Shown: positions 25,601-36,084 of the stretch, piece after piece | Layout: the number at the start of each line of letters is the position of its first letter | How positions within the stretch are numbered: the stretch's first letter is position 1 | Source: Hemiscyllium ocellatum | Lineage: Eukaryota | Direction: 5' to 3' | Assembly (NCBI RefSeq): GCF_020745735.1 | Contig: NC_083409.1 | Location: forward strand, 11,339,052-11,403,051 | DNA length: 64,000 bases | Notes under the pieces: generated by a model | Seen by the model: only the letters and a program-made list of their open reading frames with translations | What the model was told of the DNA's origin: nothing | Databases searched by the model: none | Position numbers and translations under genes: made by a program

Positions 25601-28249
25601 TTCCTCACTTAGATTAGATTAGACTTACAGTGTGGAAACAGGCCCTTCGGCCCAACAAGTCCACACCGACCCGCCGAAGCGCAACCCACCCATACCCCTA
25701 CATTTACCCCTTACCTAACACAACGGGCAATTTAGCTTGGCCAATTCACCTGACCCGCACATCTTTGTGACTGTGGGAGGAAACCGGAGCACCCGGAGGA
25801 AACCCATGCAGACACGGGGAGAACGTGCAAACTCCACACAGTCAGTCGCCTGAGTCGGGAATTGAACCCGGGTCTACAGGCGCTGTGAGGCAGCAGTGCT
25901 AACCTCTGTGCCACTGTGCCGCCCATAAAACCTGTCTTCTAGACCCAATTTTACAGAAAGTACAGGTCAGGGTTTTTTGCTTAACAAGGGTTACAGTTTG
26001 TTACAAAAAAATGCAAACAATTACCAACCACTGGCATTTAACTACTAACTAAAACTAACAACCCCTCCCACATGCATTCCTCATTACACATACACAGACA
26101 GAAAAACAGGGACAAAGTGCACTGGGTGTTTTGCATCAAGAGAAAGACTGGGAACGTACTTCCATGGGACCTATTGATGGCTTTTCCTGAGATAATCCTT
26201 GTGCTGATCAGAATGATGTTCCTTGATCTTCCTTCTCCAGATGCTTCCATTGGTTTTCAGGAGGCACAGGGTGACTAGTTCACACGTGTACAAGTCTGTA
26301 ACTTATCAATTAATAGCCACAGCTTACAGCAAGTGCTGAAGGGAAAAGAAGCTGGTTTTCTTCAGGCTTTTTACTGCAGAGACAGATCCTTAACTTGTGG
26401 AGATCTGGTGATTTCTCAATTCACTTGTATACAGCCTCGGCTGAACAGTTACCTGGGAGACAATCTCCGTTTTTGTCCGAAGGATATTTGTCTGTGACCT
26501 AGTGACTAGGTAGCTACTTACTATTGACTGAAGCTCCCGTTGAACACAGCCTTTGGCTCGAGCTTGTTTGAAAGTGACTAGCACTTAGTGTGTGTCAGGG
26601 AACTTGCTAATGAAAAGTGCCAGCAATCCCTGAACAATCCTTGGGGTTTAAAATTGCTTTATCCCCATTTGAGTCCAAAATCAAAAGTATAGAAAAATTA
26701 GAAGACAGTTTTTGCAGACCTTTCCAGTCCTCCCCATGTGTTGGTGTGTCACAGCACAACATGTGTCAGCAGATTGATGAGTTTAACAGGTCTGTAAGAA
26801 CACCGTTATCTTCAGGCCACACCACCACCTTGACTTGGTCAGATATCACCTTTCCTTTTATATTTACATGGTTAATCTCCTGGAATCTCTGAGCTTGCAG
26901 TGCTGTGGGAGTACCTTCAACACGCAGGCTGTAGCACTTCAAGACATCTTTCCAAAGAAAAATGGGGGGCAGCATGCATCCCAACACTGAAGTTTTAAAA
27001 AATTGGGTGCTTGGTATGCCAAAAAATTCAAATAATTGCTTTTTTTCCTTCTTTGGATCAAACATTTCCAGCTGATAGTGTGCGTCCATTAGGCAAGGGT
27101 TGGGAGTCTCTGCTCTGCACCAGCTCAAGTAGTGATACCGTCAGGCCACAGCTACACCAGGGCAGAGGGCCAGCCTAAAGTTAAAACGTGTAATTCAGTT
27201 ACACTCACCAGCTCTTTCCTTGTGGTGTGTATTCCTTTCTGGTTGTGCATACTGAGTAAAACATCTTCACTCGTTCATTATATTACTGGCAATATTGGTG
27301 ATTGATCTCACTGGTTTGAGGAGTTGTGGCATTGGAATCAAATTCAAAACCAGGTAGGAACAGGATTAAGCCAACAGCACCCTTCAGTCTGTTCTCGTAC
27401 TCCTCATCATAGCTGATTTGTATCTTAACTCTGTATATTGATTTCCTAATTGTTCTGAACTGTCACTTGACCTTACAAATATCTCTCAACACTCGTATTG
27501 AAATGCTGTAACAGTCACAATAGTTTTTAAGGCTGGAAGGAACCAGATTATTTTAGTATTGATGGTGTGACTAAAGGCTTCTTCACATCACCCCCCTAAT
27601 CAACCTAAGTCTTATTTTCCTGCATGCCCTATTTCTGGCATGCCTCGTTAAAGGAACTAGTTTCTCACTTCCTTCGCTGTCAAATCGTTTAATCATCTCA
27701 GTCACTTCTATAGATCCATCCCCTAGTCATCTTTACTCAAGGCAATGCAGGCCTCGTTTATTAAATAAAAGTAAAAAATGCTGGAAATATTCAGGTCAGA
27801 CCTAATTTATGTAGCCAGTCCTTAACCTTCTCAGCCTTGGTATTGTTTTGTCCAAGAATAATTAGTGACTCTCCATTGATCTCGTAGCGAGCCCTCCAGA
27901 ACTCCTGTCCAAGCTCCACTTGCTGTGTGGGAATGGCCACTTGTGTGATACTGGGCACAAGGAAAGTGGGAGGCCTGCAGTCTGAGTGATTTCAGGGCAA
28001 ACGCTGCTCAGTACGAGAGGAAAGAGCTGTAACAAATAAATCTTGATATAAAAACAATAACACCCCCTCTGTTTTTTCTGGCAGGTTCAAGAGCTTTATG
28101 AGGAGGAAGCCCAATGGGTGAATTATGATGAGGATGAGCTTTGTGTGAAGATGCAGTTGGCAGATTATATTTTTGAAGCTCTGATAAAAGACACAGTCAA
28201 TGTACTGAATCAGATTCAGGGGAAACAGTTAAAACTCATGTTATCCTAA
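1548..28249 (+). CDS. CEP350: CEP350-family (CEP350/CCDC187-like) centrosomal coiled-coil protein, 3' part. join(1548-1699,2168-2352,4271-4458,7937-8024,9081-9227,10071-10258,16047-16243,17096-17290,19039-19316,21080-21226,25014-25136,28085-28249). The 5' end lies outside the window.
   Basis: Twelve AG/GT-bounded exons with compatible phases total 2053 nt: 1 nt, 683 codons and TAA. Motifs FDESMTEDEIEEQ, FSGGQDSFYKFTMEMVRQY, KEKTKAELAWLEHQKK, FLTKREQKLM..EELLEWKRRLDAEEA, RDRVDHILVQEL.EEEAQWVNYDEDELCVKMQLAD match CEP350 as recalled. The symbol denotes the family; orthology versus paralogy is not established. Confidence 0.9.
2168..2352 (+). CDS. CEP350: CEP350-like exon (DSASVATEFDESMTEDEIEEQ...SIAVK)
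   Basis: Acceptor tctctccag, donor AAA|gtgagt, phase 1 to 0, inside ORF 2122-2403. Confidence 0.9.
2850..3860 (+). mobile_element. Old CR1 3' fragment (host of the PLE hairpin); a further CR1 scrap lies at about 1130-1480
   Basis: Degenerate CR1 RT C-terminus and 3' UTR (gctcaagaagctaaatagcctcctcctg). Confidence 0.7.
3271..3459. mobile_element. 189-bp palindromic PLE terminal-repeat insertion with a hammerhead core in the loop, inserted in a CR1 fragment
   Basis: Inverted arms of about 62 bp (3271-3333 and 3363-3424, 2 internal mismatches). The minus strand reads CTGATGAAGGGCTTATGCCCGAAACGTC. TSD CTTCAGCAATTCA at 3258-3270 and 3460-3472. Confidence 0.9.
4271..4458 (+). CDS. CEP350: CEP350-like exon (RDFSMSFSGGQDSFYKFTMEMVRQY...WLEHQK)
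   Basis: Acceptor tgtccag, donor AA|gtgagt, phase 0 to 2. Highly conserved CEP350 block. Confidence 0.95.
5960..7908 (+). mobile_element. CR1 LINE, 5'-truncated and decayed
   Basis: RT motifs YMDFSKAFDKFP, QGSILG, SKFADD, RPYLEYCVQF. Tail ctctacgttctatgttc. Confidence 0.93.
7937..8024 (+). CDS. CEP350: CEP350-like exon (CLQDNGEDDKMPSIRRRQRGLLLRLQQEQ)
   Basis: Acceptor ctaaccag, donor CAG|gtatga, phase 2 to 0. Matches HLRDKGEDDKMPPLRKKQRGLLLRLQQEK. Too short for the ORF track. Confidence 0.92.
9081..9227 (+). CDS. CEP350: CEP350-like exon (AEIRHLQKANKAAHRERQLILKQQEEI...VGESKL)
   Basis: Acceptor caccacag, donor TTG|gttagt, 49 codons. Confidence 0.93.
10071..10258 (+). CDS. CEP350: CEP350-like exon (VPTRQE...SPSSVSNSGSETSNIMQKQKMRSHVDEK)
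   Basis: Acceptor attctcag, donor AA|gtaata, phase 0 to 2. Matches SPSPISISSSETSSIMQKLKKMRSRMDEK. Confidence 0.88.
10806..11140 (+). mobile_element. Older HE1-type SINE; another old copy lies at about 36700-36945 (minus)
   Basis: ggcagcaccatggctcaatgg..gggttcgattc..gtggagtttgcacattctccc..gctaaattgcccatagtg. Confidence 0.88.
11270..12290. mobile_element. Two divergently oriented CR1 fragments (about 11270-11660 minus, about 11680-12290 plus)
   Basis: CR1 RT C-terminal motifs on opposite strands. Confidence 0.8.
13520..14570 (-). mobile_element. CR1 fragment
   Basis: Minus ORF 14058-14243 VTSEVLQGS...FTIYTNDL...SKFVGDTKLGG. CR1 3' tail near 13530. Confidence 0.9.
15210..15390 (+). mobile_element. 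Degenerate PLE terminal-repeat remnant
   Basis: cagatgctgtcagacctgctgagtttctccagcact motif, shared with the 25.5-kb remnant. Confidence 0.6.
16047..16243 (+). CDS. CEP350: CEP350-like exon (FLTKREQKLMHRRRRAEELLEWKRRLDAEEAAI...PELN)
   Basis: Acceptor ccatcag, donor G|gtaatg, phase 2 to 1. Confidence 0.93.
17096..17290 (+). CDS. CEP350: CEP350-like exon (DTGSEEECPVPPCS...SPDHPIFTDGVYSQDFVATH)
   Basis: Matches EIASEEESPVP...SPDHSILTEE. Acceptor is either GAG (start 17096) or an in-frame CAG (start 17102). Phase-1 donor A|gtaaaa at 17291; a phase-0 alternative donor lies at 17299. Confidence 0.8.
17400..17740. repeat. Degenerate purine/G-rich tandem repeat (GGGAATGGGAATTCTGAG-like)
   Basis: gaatgggaattctgag-like units recur at least five times. 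This explains the low-complexity ORFs at 17355-17856. Confidence 0.75.
19039..19316 (+). CDS. CEP350: CEP350-like exon (...AVEIVTLVHGAAEELYKWQELGHDL...ESVSRRAYCE)
   Basis: Acceptor accttcag, donor GAG|gtgaga, phase 1 to 0. The 3' two-thirds match EEVEILVHNAAEELWKWKELGHDL...ESTSKRVYKQ. The 5' boundary is inferred from phase. Confidence 0.82.
19400..20620 (-). mobile_element. Highly decayed CR1 fragments
   Basis: Weak reverse-strand similarity to CR1 RT and 3' end. Confidence 0.55.
21080..21226 (+). CDS. CEP350: CEP350-like exon (LIFNVTREIFADIFSDD...PWMKPSRVSS...NPQNLNEVK)
   Basis: Acceptor acttccag, donor AAG|gtaata, 49 codons. Confidence 0.92.
22265..23280 (-). mobile_element. CR1 fragment inserted in an L2-group LINE fragment
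   Basis: Minus ORF 22694-23296 GVPQGSVLG..FVIYINDLD..SKFADNTK..LEYSVQFW. Confidence 0.92.
23550..23885 (+). mobile_element. Ancient Deu-domain (SacSINE/AmnSINE-like) SINE remnant; related fragments at about 37380-37570 (+), 44920-45140, 46240-46520 and 56780-56980 (-)
   Basis: Shared motifs gtgcagtactga, gaggcccc, gaagaggag..agttctcc..gtcctgg, gtgggaacttgctgtg. Confidence 0.6.
25014..25136 (+). CDS. CEP350: CEP350-like exon (IFISNEVLKLFGL...WQKLKKFGTKQRDRVDHIL)
   Basis: Acceptor cccacag, donor TTG|gtaagt, 41 codons. Confidence 0.93.
25430..25597. mobile_element. Older palindromic PLE terminal-repeat remnant
   Basis: Arms about 25460-25515 and 25538-25593 (gaaaatgctggaaaatctcagcaggtctggcagcatctgtaaggagagaaaagag and its reverse complement). 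The 22-nt loop has no intact hammerhead core. Confidence 0.75.
25609..25924 (-). mobile_element. HE1-type tRNA-derived V-SINE, young
   Basis: tRNA-like head with A and B boxes (GGCACAGAGGTTAGC, GGTTCAATTCC), V-domain, CR1-like 3' end, (TCTAA)n tail. Nearly identical to the 42.2-kb copy. Confidence 0.93.
28085..28249 (+). CDS. CEP350: CEP350-like terminal coding exon (VQELYEEEAQWVNYDEDELCVKMQLADYIFEALIKDTVNVLNQIQGKQLKLMLS*), C-terminal DUF4378-type region
   Basis: Acceptor tttttctggcag, TAA at 28247-28249. Nearly identical to the CEP350 C-terminus as recalled. Confidence 0.95.
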   Translation, partial: VQELYEEEAQWVNYDEDELCVKMQLADYIFEALIKDTVNVLNQIQGKQLKLMLS

Positions 28250-28911
28250 CATGGGCCATGCCATCGGCCAACTTGTGGACTCCAGAAAAAAACCAAACCT
28301 CATGCCCCGAGCGGAAGAGAATCCACCTCGGCCTCTAAACCCCTCTCTCTGATTACGTTTTGACATCTGGCATAGAATTTCCTCAATAAGTAGTTGGTTT
28401 GGGATATCAATCCTTCCTGGAGTCAGCCGACTGGCAGGATGTGGATACCAGAAGTGCCAATCTTTTTCCCGACCTATTTATAGATAACCTAATCCCATTT
28501 ATTTATCCAAACAATAGCATAGACTTGAATTCAAAGACTTTTGCACATTCAATTTTGTTTTTGTATTTACACCAACATTTACCTTTTTAAAAAGTATATC
28601 TAGTGGTGTGATGATATGTGTTTGGTGTATGTTAGCTCTGAGACTCTGAACAATGGCTGATACCAGACACTGAATACTCCCTCTGAGTGAGGAGGACTAT
28701 ATCTGCATGACTGAAGTGGAAGGCAGAAGTATTGAGGATTTAAAATACTTGCACTTACTTCATTATGATAAGTCTTGATTTTATTTTTTGATTTTAAATT
28801 ATTTCAGAAAGGACAATTGATTTTTATTCATTTAAAGGGACTGTATTTTTGATATTCATTTTCAGGAAAAAGTTACAAACTTTGAGCAGATTTTGAGATC
28901 ACTTGCACTGA

Positions 28912-29105
28912 TTCAGAACTTCAGAACTCTCTCTCTCTCCGTCTCTCTCTCTCTGTCTCTCCATCTCTCTCCTTCAGAACTTTCTCTGTCTCTCTCTCTC
29001 TCTCTCTTTCAGAACTCTCTCTCTCCTTCAGAACTCTCTTTCTCCTTCAGAACTCTCTTGCTCTCTCTCTCTCTCCCTCTCTCTTGCTCTCGCTCTCTTT
29101 CTCCA
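28912..29105. repeat. Compound microsatellite [TTCAGAACT(CT)n] x6
   Basis: TCAGAACT recurs six times, separated by CT-rich tracts of variable length. Confidence 0.9.
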
Positions 29106-29199
29106 TACGACAGGAACATCTTTTTCTCCCTCCTTTTTTGCCACTCCTGATCATTTCTGTTGCATGGTGCTTCTGTCTGTTAATTTTCCCTAATGTTCC

Positions 29200-32100
29200 T
29201 TTTTTTAGTGAATATTTATTGAAAAAATATTATATTATAATACAGTAATGTTGTCAATAAACTAACAACTGTTGTTCAGGAGTTGTCTCATATTTGCTGA
29301 ACTTAAATCAAATCAGCACAAACTCAAATTAAATAAAATAACATGAAATTTAATTATAATCCACTAAAATTAAATTGCACGACATTGTACTATATTACAT
29401 GACTCCACTCGCCGCACCCTCCATCAAGGCTCCCGTCCACAGGAGCAACAGTGATTATACCTGTATTTACTAAAACTCCCCTCCCTCCCACCCACCAAAA
29501 CCCCTGGGTCCCCGGACTACCACATACAGCCCTCGTGCCTATATAAAGGCCCTAATCAGTACTGCTGACAGTTTCATGTTGATGTAATTTAGAAAGGGCC
29601 GCCATGCCTTATAAAATTGCTCTGTTCCGTGGTTCCCCATACTGTCAGGTAATCTTGTGGGACGTGCTCCATCACAAGTCTGTGCCACCCTGCAAGACCT
29701 GCAGGCTTTGCTGATATTCAATTCATTAGGATGTCCTTCCTCACACAATGTGTAAGAATGTTGAATAACCTCTTCCCGTACTCACCCAAAGAGGGAAGTT
29801 TCAGTCGTCCCAAAAGGGGGGACACCAGATCCTCCCAAACTTCCATTCCCAGGATTGTCTCCAGCTCATTCACTATGGCCCCCCAGGATCCCGGATCTTG
29901 TAACAGGACCAAAAGCAATGTGGAATCCCTTACCTGGAAATATCGGAAATGGTCCCAATCAGTGATTCCCTATTTCTGACCTAAATGGCTAAAAGACATC
30001 ACGACATCTCCCTCAAATAAATCTCCCAGACAGGGGATTACTTTACGTTCCCATGCTCTGAAGCCGGAGTCCTTTGATCCCAGTCTAAATCCTGGGGGTC
30101 CCACTAACGGGTTGAACGGCAAATTGCCCCCACCCTGCCACATTATTCTCCATGCTTTACTGTATTTATGATAATCAGACTTCCACAATGCACACCTACC
30201 GATCTCATCTTATCCATGAACAGTAAGTTTCTGAAGGGATACCTCGCCTGCGAGGCCTCTACATCAAGCCACATCGTCTTTGAGTCATTACGCACCCATT
30301 CACCTACATATAGCAACAGGGTGCCAATTTGACATCTCTTCTGATCTGGGAGGTCCACCACCCCCTCTTATCCTGCGGAAGTTGCAACTTGGTAAATTTA
30401 ATTAAGTTGTGCTGACAGTGCCAAATAAATGATCCAAGCCATTCCGCAAACCTCCGCAGCACCTGGTTGGGTAATAACAAAGGGAGAATCCTCACAGGAT
30501 ACAACAACCAAGGAACAACATTCACTTTAATCAAGGCTACACGGCTGAGCCATGATCTGGGTATTCCCTCCCATCGCTGCAAGTCCTGCTTTACCCTCTC
30601 AAACAGCGACACAAGGTTAGCTCCATACAGTTGTGGGAAGTGAGGGGTAATAAAAATTCCCAGATAGGGAAAACCTTTCTGTGACCATCTAAAAGGAAAC
30701 TCCATTCCGTCCTCCAGTTTCAGTACCTGCACCAATCCCCCCACAGGCAGGACTTCCGATTTTGGAAAATTTATTCTGTATCGCAAAAAGCTGTCGAATA
30801 ATTTAATGCTTTGTATTAGCTGGGGTAAGGGCTTTTCGGGGTTAGCTACAAACAGAAGGACATTGTCCACATTGAGAGTGATTTTTGTTTCCCCAACTCC
30901 TACCTTCGGTGCCGTTATTTCAGGGTCTTTTCAGACAGTCCCTGCCAGTGGTTCAAGTATCAAGGTAAACAGTAGCAGTAACAGGGGACATCCCTGTCGG
31001 CTGCCCCTCCCCACACCAAAGTTCCTCAATTTAACCCCATTCGTGATAACCGCCACTTTGGGGTCTTTATATAACACCGCCACCCACCTGGCGAAGGCCC
31101 CGCCCACACCAAAACGATCGAGAACAGCAAAGAGATACGAGCGTTTTTTCCCACCCAATTAAAAGCCTTTTCTGCCTCCAGGGAGACCAGCAAACCCGGA
31201 ATCATTCTCTGCTGACATAGTTGAACTATGTGCAATACCCGCCTGATATTGTTGGAGGAGCTGCGGCCTGTGATAAAACCCATCTGCTCCTCTTTTATAA
31301 AAACAGGCAGCACCTTCTCCAGTCTCAGAACTGACACCTTTGATAGAATTTTGAAATCCACATTCAACAACGAGGTGGGTCTATACAATGCACAATCCTC
31401 AGGGTCTTTCCCTTTGTTTAAAGTAAGGGAGATATTAGCCTCTGTAAGAGAAGGTGGAAGACAGCCCTGGCCATAGGAATGACTATACAGCTCCAGCAGT
31501 GGTTCAGCTACATGCGTATGAACTCCTTGTAAAATCCACATGGGAATCTGTCTGGACCAGGTACTGTACCACCTTGGAGCTGCCTTAACGCCTCTTGCAC
31601 CTCCTGTACTGTCAGAGGGAGGCCTGATCTGCATTTATACCAGGGAAGGCCAAGTTTTCAAAAAAAGGATTCCATTCTCACTTCTCCATCCCCACAGCCC
31701 TCTGACCGGTGTAACCCGGCATAGAACGCCCGGAATCTGGCATCGATTTTCTTCAGTTCACGAGTGACATTGCCAGTTCTCTCCCTGATAAACACAATGG
31801 ACTGCGGAGCACTTTCCTTCCTAGCCAGGTAAACCAGGGATCTACCTCACTTATCCCCATATTCAAACAGCCTTTGCTTTGCAAAGGACACCCCTCTCTT
31901 TTCCACTTGTGTGAGCGCTGAGTCCAGAGCAGCCCGGAGAGCCATGACCCGTTGTAATCTGATCCCAGGTGGTCTGGGGTAATATGCCGATTTGGCTGCC
32001 TTCAGCCGGGCCTCAAGTATCAGCTGCTGCTGTCCTCTCTGCCTCCTTCTCATTGTCAAGTGTGAAATAATCAAACCCCTTAAGAATGCTTTGGTGGTCA

Positions 32101-35100
32101 CCCAGAGCACTGATGGGTTACTGGCCATAGCCCAATTGATGTCCCAAAATACCTTGAACTCCCTTGTGATACGCTGTACAGAGTTGACATCCTTCAACAG
32201 AAACGGATTTGTGCGACATTGTTGTGTGTCTACTCCACTACCTTTGGTCTTAACACCTAAATATACTGCCAGATGGTTCGAAATAGTTACGTCCCCAATC
32301 CTGCAGGCTAACACCAAGTCCAAACAAGCCGATGGAACAAAGAACATTTCAATTCTTGTGTGGCACTTGGGCAGGTTGGAGTAAAAGGTAAAGTCCCTCC
32401 CATTTGGGTGGGGGCACCTCCACACATCCACCAATCTCAACTCCTCACACAAGTCCACTAACTGCCTAGTCTGCAGAGGTGTACCCGACAGCCCCCTTTG
32501 CATCCTGTCCACCCCAGGGTCCATGAGACATAGGTCTCCTCCTATAAACATACAGCGCATCCCAAGAGCCATTAACTTAAAGACTGCATTAATTAAAAAT
32601 TTGAGAGGATGTGCCGCGGGACAGTAAACGTTCAGGATGCCATACTCTTCTCTTTGTACCACAGCCTTGAGAATAATGAACCATCCATGCTCATCCTTGG
32701 TTTGATCGATCACCTGAAATGGGAGGTTCCTTCGTACCAATATGGCCACTCCTCTGCATTTGGAGTTGAAAGAGGAGAAGAATACCCTATCATATCCCCC
32801 CCCCCTGTTGTAACTTCAGATGTTCCCTGTCAGTCAAAAGCATATCTTGCAGTGGAGCAATGTCAACCCTTCCCTTTTTAAGATTTGTGAGCACCTTTTT
32901 CCTTTTAATGGGGGAATGACTCCCCGTTATATTCCAGGTGCACCACCTGAACAGATCACTAGCCATGACCTCACACTGCAGCCCGCAGTCACCCCCGAGA
33001 GGAAGGAGCCCATTCAATATGCAACGAGTGGGAAAGAAACAACACAGACTTTATCAAATCTTAAGCCAATTTCGACAAACACCACCAAAACAACTTAAGA
33101 CTAAAATTGGGGCCTTGAAGACAGATATAGGGGAATATATTACGGAGAACAAAGAAATGGCAGAAGAATTGAATTGGTACTACAGATCAGTGTTCACTGG
33201 GGAAGACACAAACAATCTCCCTGAGGTAACAGTGGCTGAAGGACCTGAACTTAAGGGAATTTACATTTGCCAGGAATTGGTGTTGGAGAGACTGTTAGGT
33301 CTGAAGGTTGATAAGTCCCCGGGGTCTGATGGTCTACATCCCAGGGTACTGAAGGAAGTGGCTCGAGAAATTGTGGAAGCGTTGGTGATTATTTTCCAGT
33401 TTTCGATAGATTCAGGATCAGTTCCTGCGGATTGGAGGGTGGCTAATGTTGTACCACTTTTTAAGAAAGGTGGGAGAGAGAAAGCAGGAGATTATTGACA
33501 AGTTAGTCTGACCTCAGTGGTGGGAAAGATGCTGGAGTCTATTGCACAGGATGAAATTACGAAACATCTGGATAGTAATAACAGGATAGGTCATAGTCAG
33601 CATGGATTTATGAAGGGGAAATCATGCTTGACTAATCTTCTGGAATTTTTTGAGGATGTAACTCTGAAGATGGACGAGGGAGATGCAGTAGATATAGTGT
33701 ACCTGGACTTTCAGAAAGCTTTTGATAAAGTCCCACATTGGAGGTTAGTGAGCAAAATTAGGGTGCATGGAATTCAGGGCAAAGTACTAACTTGGATTGA
33801 AAGTTGATTGGACGACAGGATACAAAGAGTAGTGATAGACGGCTCCATTTTGGAATGGCAGGAAGTGACCAGTGGGGTACCACAGGGATCAGTGCTGGGA
33901 CTGCAGGTTTTCACAATTTATATCAATGATATAGAAGATGGTATCAGTCATAACATTAACAAATTTGCTGATGATGCTTACCTGTGTGGCACAGTGAAAT
34001 GTGAGGAGTATGTTAGGAGATTACAGGGTGACCTGGACAGGTTAGGTGAGTGATCAGATGCATGGCAGATGCAGTTCAATGTGGATAAATGTATGGTCAT
34101 CCACTTTGGTGGCAAGAACAGGAAGGCAGATTACTGCCTACATGGAATCAATTTAGGTAAAGGGGCAGTACAAAGAGATCTGGGTGTTCTTGTACACCAG
34201 TCAATGAAGGTAAGCATGCAGGTACAGCAGGCAGTGAAGAAGGCTAATAGCATGCTGGCCTTCATAAGAAGAGGGATTGAGTATAGAAGCAAAGAGGTTC
34301 TTCTGCAGCTGTACAGGGCCCTGGTGAGAACACACCTGGAGTATTTTGTGCAGTTCTGGTCTGCAAACTTGAGGAAAGACATTCTGGCTATTGAGGGAGT
34401 GCAGCGTAGGTTCACGAGGTTAATTCCTGGAATGGCAGGACTACCTTACGCTGAAAGACTGGAGCGACTGGGCTTGTATACCCTTGAGTTTAGAAGGCTG
34501 AGAGGGGATCTGATTGAGACATATAAGATTATGAAAGGATTGGATACTCTGAAGGCAGGAAACATGTTTCCGCTGATGGGTGAGTGCCAAACCAGAGGAC
34601 ACAGCTTAAAATTACGGGGTAGACCATTTAGGACAGAGATGAGGAGAAACTTCTTCACCCAGAGAGTGGTGGCTGTGTGGAATGCTCTGCCCCAGAGGGC
34701 AGTGGAGTCCCAGTCTCTGGATTCATTGAAGAAAGAGTTGGATAGAGCTCTCAAGGATAGTGGAATCAAGGGTTATGGAGATAAGGCAGGAACAGGATAC
34801 TGATTAAGGATGATCAGCCATGGTCATATTGAATGGTGGTGCAGGCTCGAAGGGCAGAATGGCCTACTCCTGCACCTATTGTCTATTGTCTAAAAATCTA
34901 ACCACTACTCCTAATGTCAACAAATAAACACAAAAAACACAAATTTCCAGAGATCCACCCCTTGCCCATTGGGGCCATTCACTCCCAACCTCACAACCAT
35001 CCCAGCACCTTCCAGTTAAGGCCGCGCCCCAAACCCAAACAAAGGGAAAAATAACATATTATTTCCACCCCGACAAGTTAACAACGGACACCCATCCCTC

Positions 35101-36079
35101 CCCCTTCTCATCTCATCCCCACACATCTTTACATCAAAGGATTAACCACCCTCACCCAGCAAATCAGAACAATAGAATAATTAAAAACCACCAAACAGAT
35201 AGAATATAAAACATACCAGATCTCCCACTAAAGCAATACCAAGCCTACAAAGTGTGAGATCCAAAAGGGAAAAGATCAAAGAGAGAAGATTTTTAAAAAC
35301 TACATTATGCCATTGTCCACACGCCTCTTTTCCTTCTTCCTTCTCGGTCAAAGTCTATCATTTCAGCGAATTCAAGAGTTCTTTTACTTTTTCCGTCAAG
35401 TCGAAGTTGTAGACAGCTCCCCCATAACTGAGACGTCGCACCGCCGGGTACCTCAGAGAGTATTCAATGTTGAATTTTGTTTTCTTGACATCATCAAAGA
35501 TCTTTCTTTTCTTAATTATGGCCCCAGAAAAGTCATGAAAAACATTATTTTCAAACCTTCATAAGCCAAAGCCTGTGGATCCCTTCCCAGTCTTCTGGCT
35601 GTTTCTATCATTAAATGCTTTTCCTTGTGATGCTGGAGTCGTGCTGGGCCGGCCCAGACCTACACATCACGATGCGGTGGACCCACTCCACACTCACCCG
35701 GCCCGACTTGATCTCCAGGCCCAGCTACTCCAGAGGCCACCGCTTGAGGAAATCAGCAAGGTTTTCACCTTCTACATGCTCAGGTAAGCCCAAGATCTGT
35801 TGATTTTTCTCTGACCTTGATTTTCGAGGTCGTCTACTTGTTCCTTCAAGGCCCGCCCCTTGGAGCTCTCCATTGTGGCCTCCAAGGCTTCGTTAGTAAA
35901 TTCTGTTGCTGCACTGAACTGAAGGGCGCTGCCACAGGGTTTGAGGTAACGGCTGCGGGCGTGCCCGGCTTGTCAGGGGAGACTAACAATGGGGGGAGGG
36001 GTAGGAACCCACCTTGCCTGGGGTATGGCACAGAGCCCAACACACCAGACTGTTCAGACTGCTGCCATCTTGAATCTCC
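29200..36079 (-). mobile_element. Full-length but decayed L1-clade LINE (5' UTR, ORF1 about 35290-36000, ORF2 from 32966 to about 29600, polyA), interrupted by a CR1
   Basis: ORF2 starts MASD..WNITGSHSPIKRKKVL (APE). RT motifs YRPTSLLNVDFKILSK, SLEAEKAFNWV, GSRQGCPL. ORF1 fragments ILGLPEHVEGENLADFL and IEYSLRYPA. 5' CAAGATGGC at 36064-36072; AATAAA at 29215-29220 followed by A7. Many stops and frameshifts. Confidence 0.88.
33101..34891 (+). mobile_element. 5'-truncated CR1 LINE inserted antisense in the L1 inter-ORF spacer
   Basis: One reading frame to 34803 with only three in-frame TGA (33496, 33805, 34051). Motifs YLDFQKAFDKV, GVPQGSVLG, KFADD. 3' hairpin GGTGCAGG/CCTGCACC and a CTATTGT-repeat tail. 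Confidence 0.95.
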
Positions 36080-36084
36080 TACAC

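Noticed and set aside
25840-25924. tRNA-like sequences here and at 10806, 41480, 42460 and 60616
   Set aside because: These are SINE heads continuous with SINE bodies, not tRNA genes.
25971-26010. GGTTTTTTG nonamer-like motif
   Set aside because: No CACTGTG at 12 or 23 nt. It lies inside a CEP350-like intron.
25930-26740. Possible solo LTR
   Set aside because: It looks LTR-like in composition, but I could not identify TG..CA ends, a TSD or a second copy.
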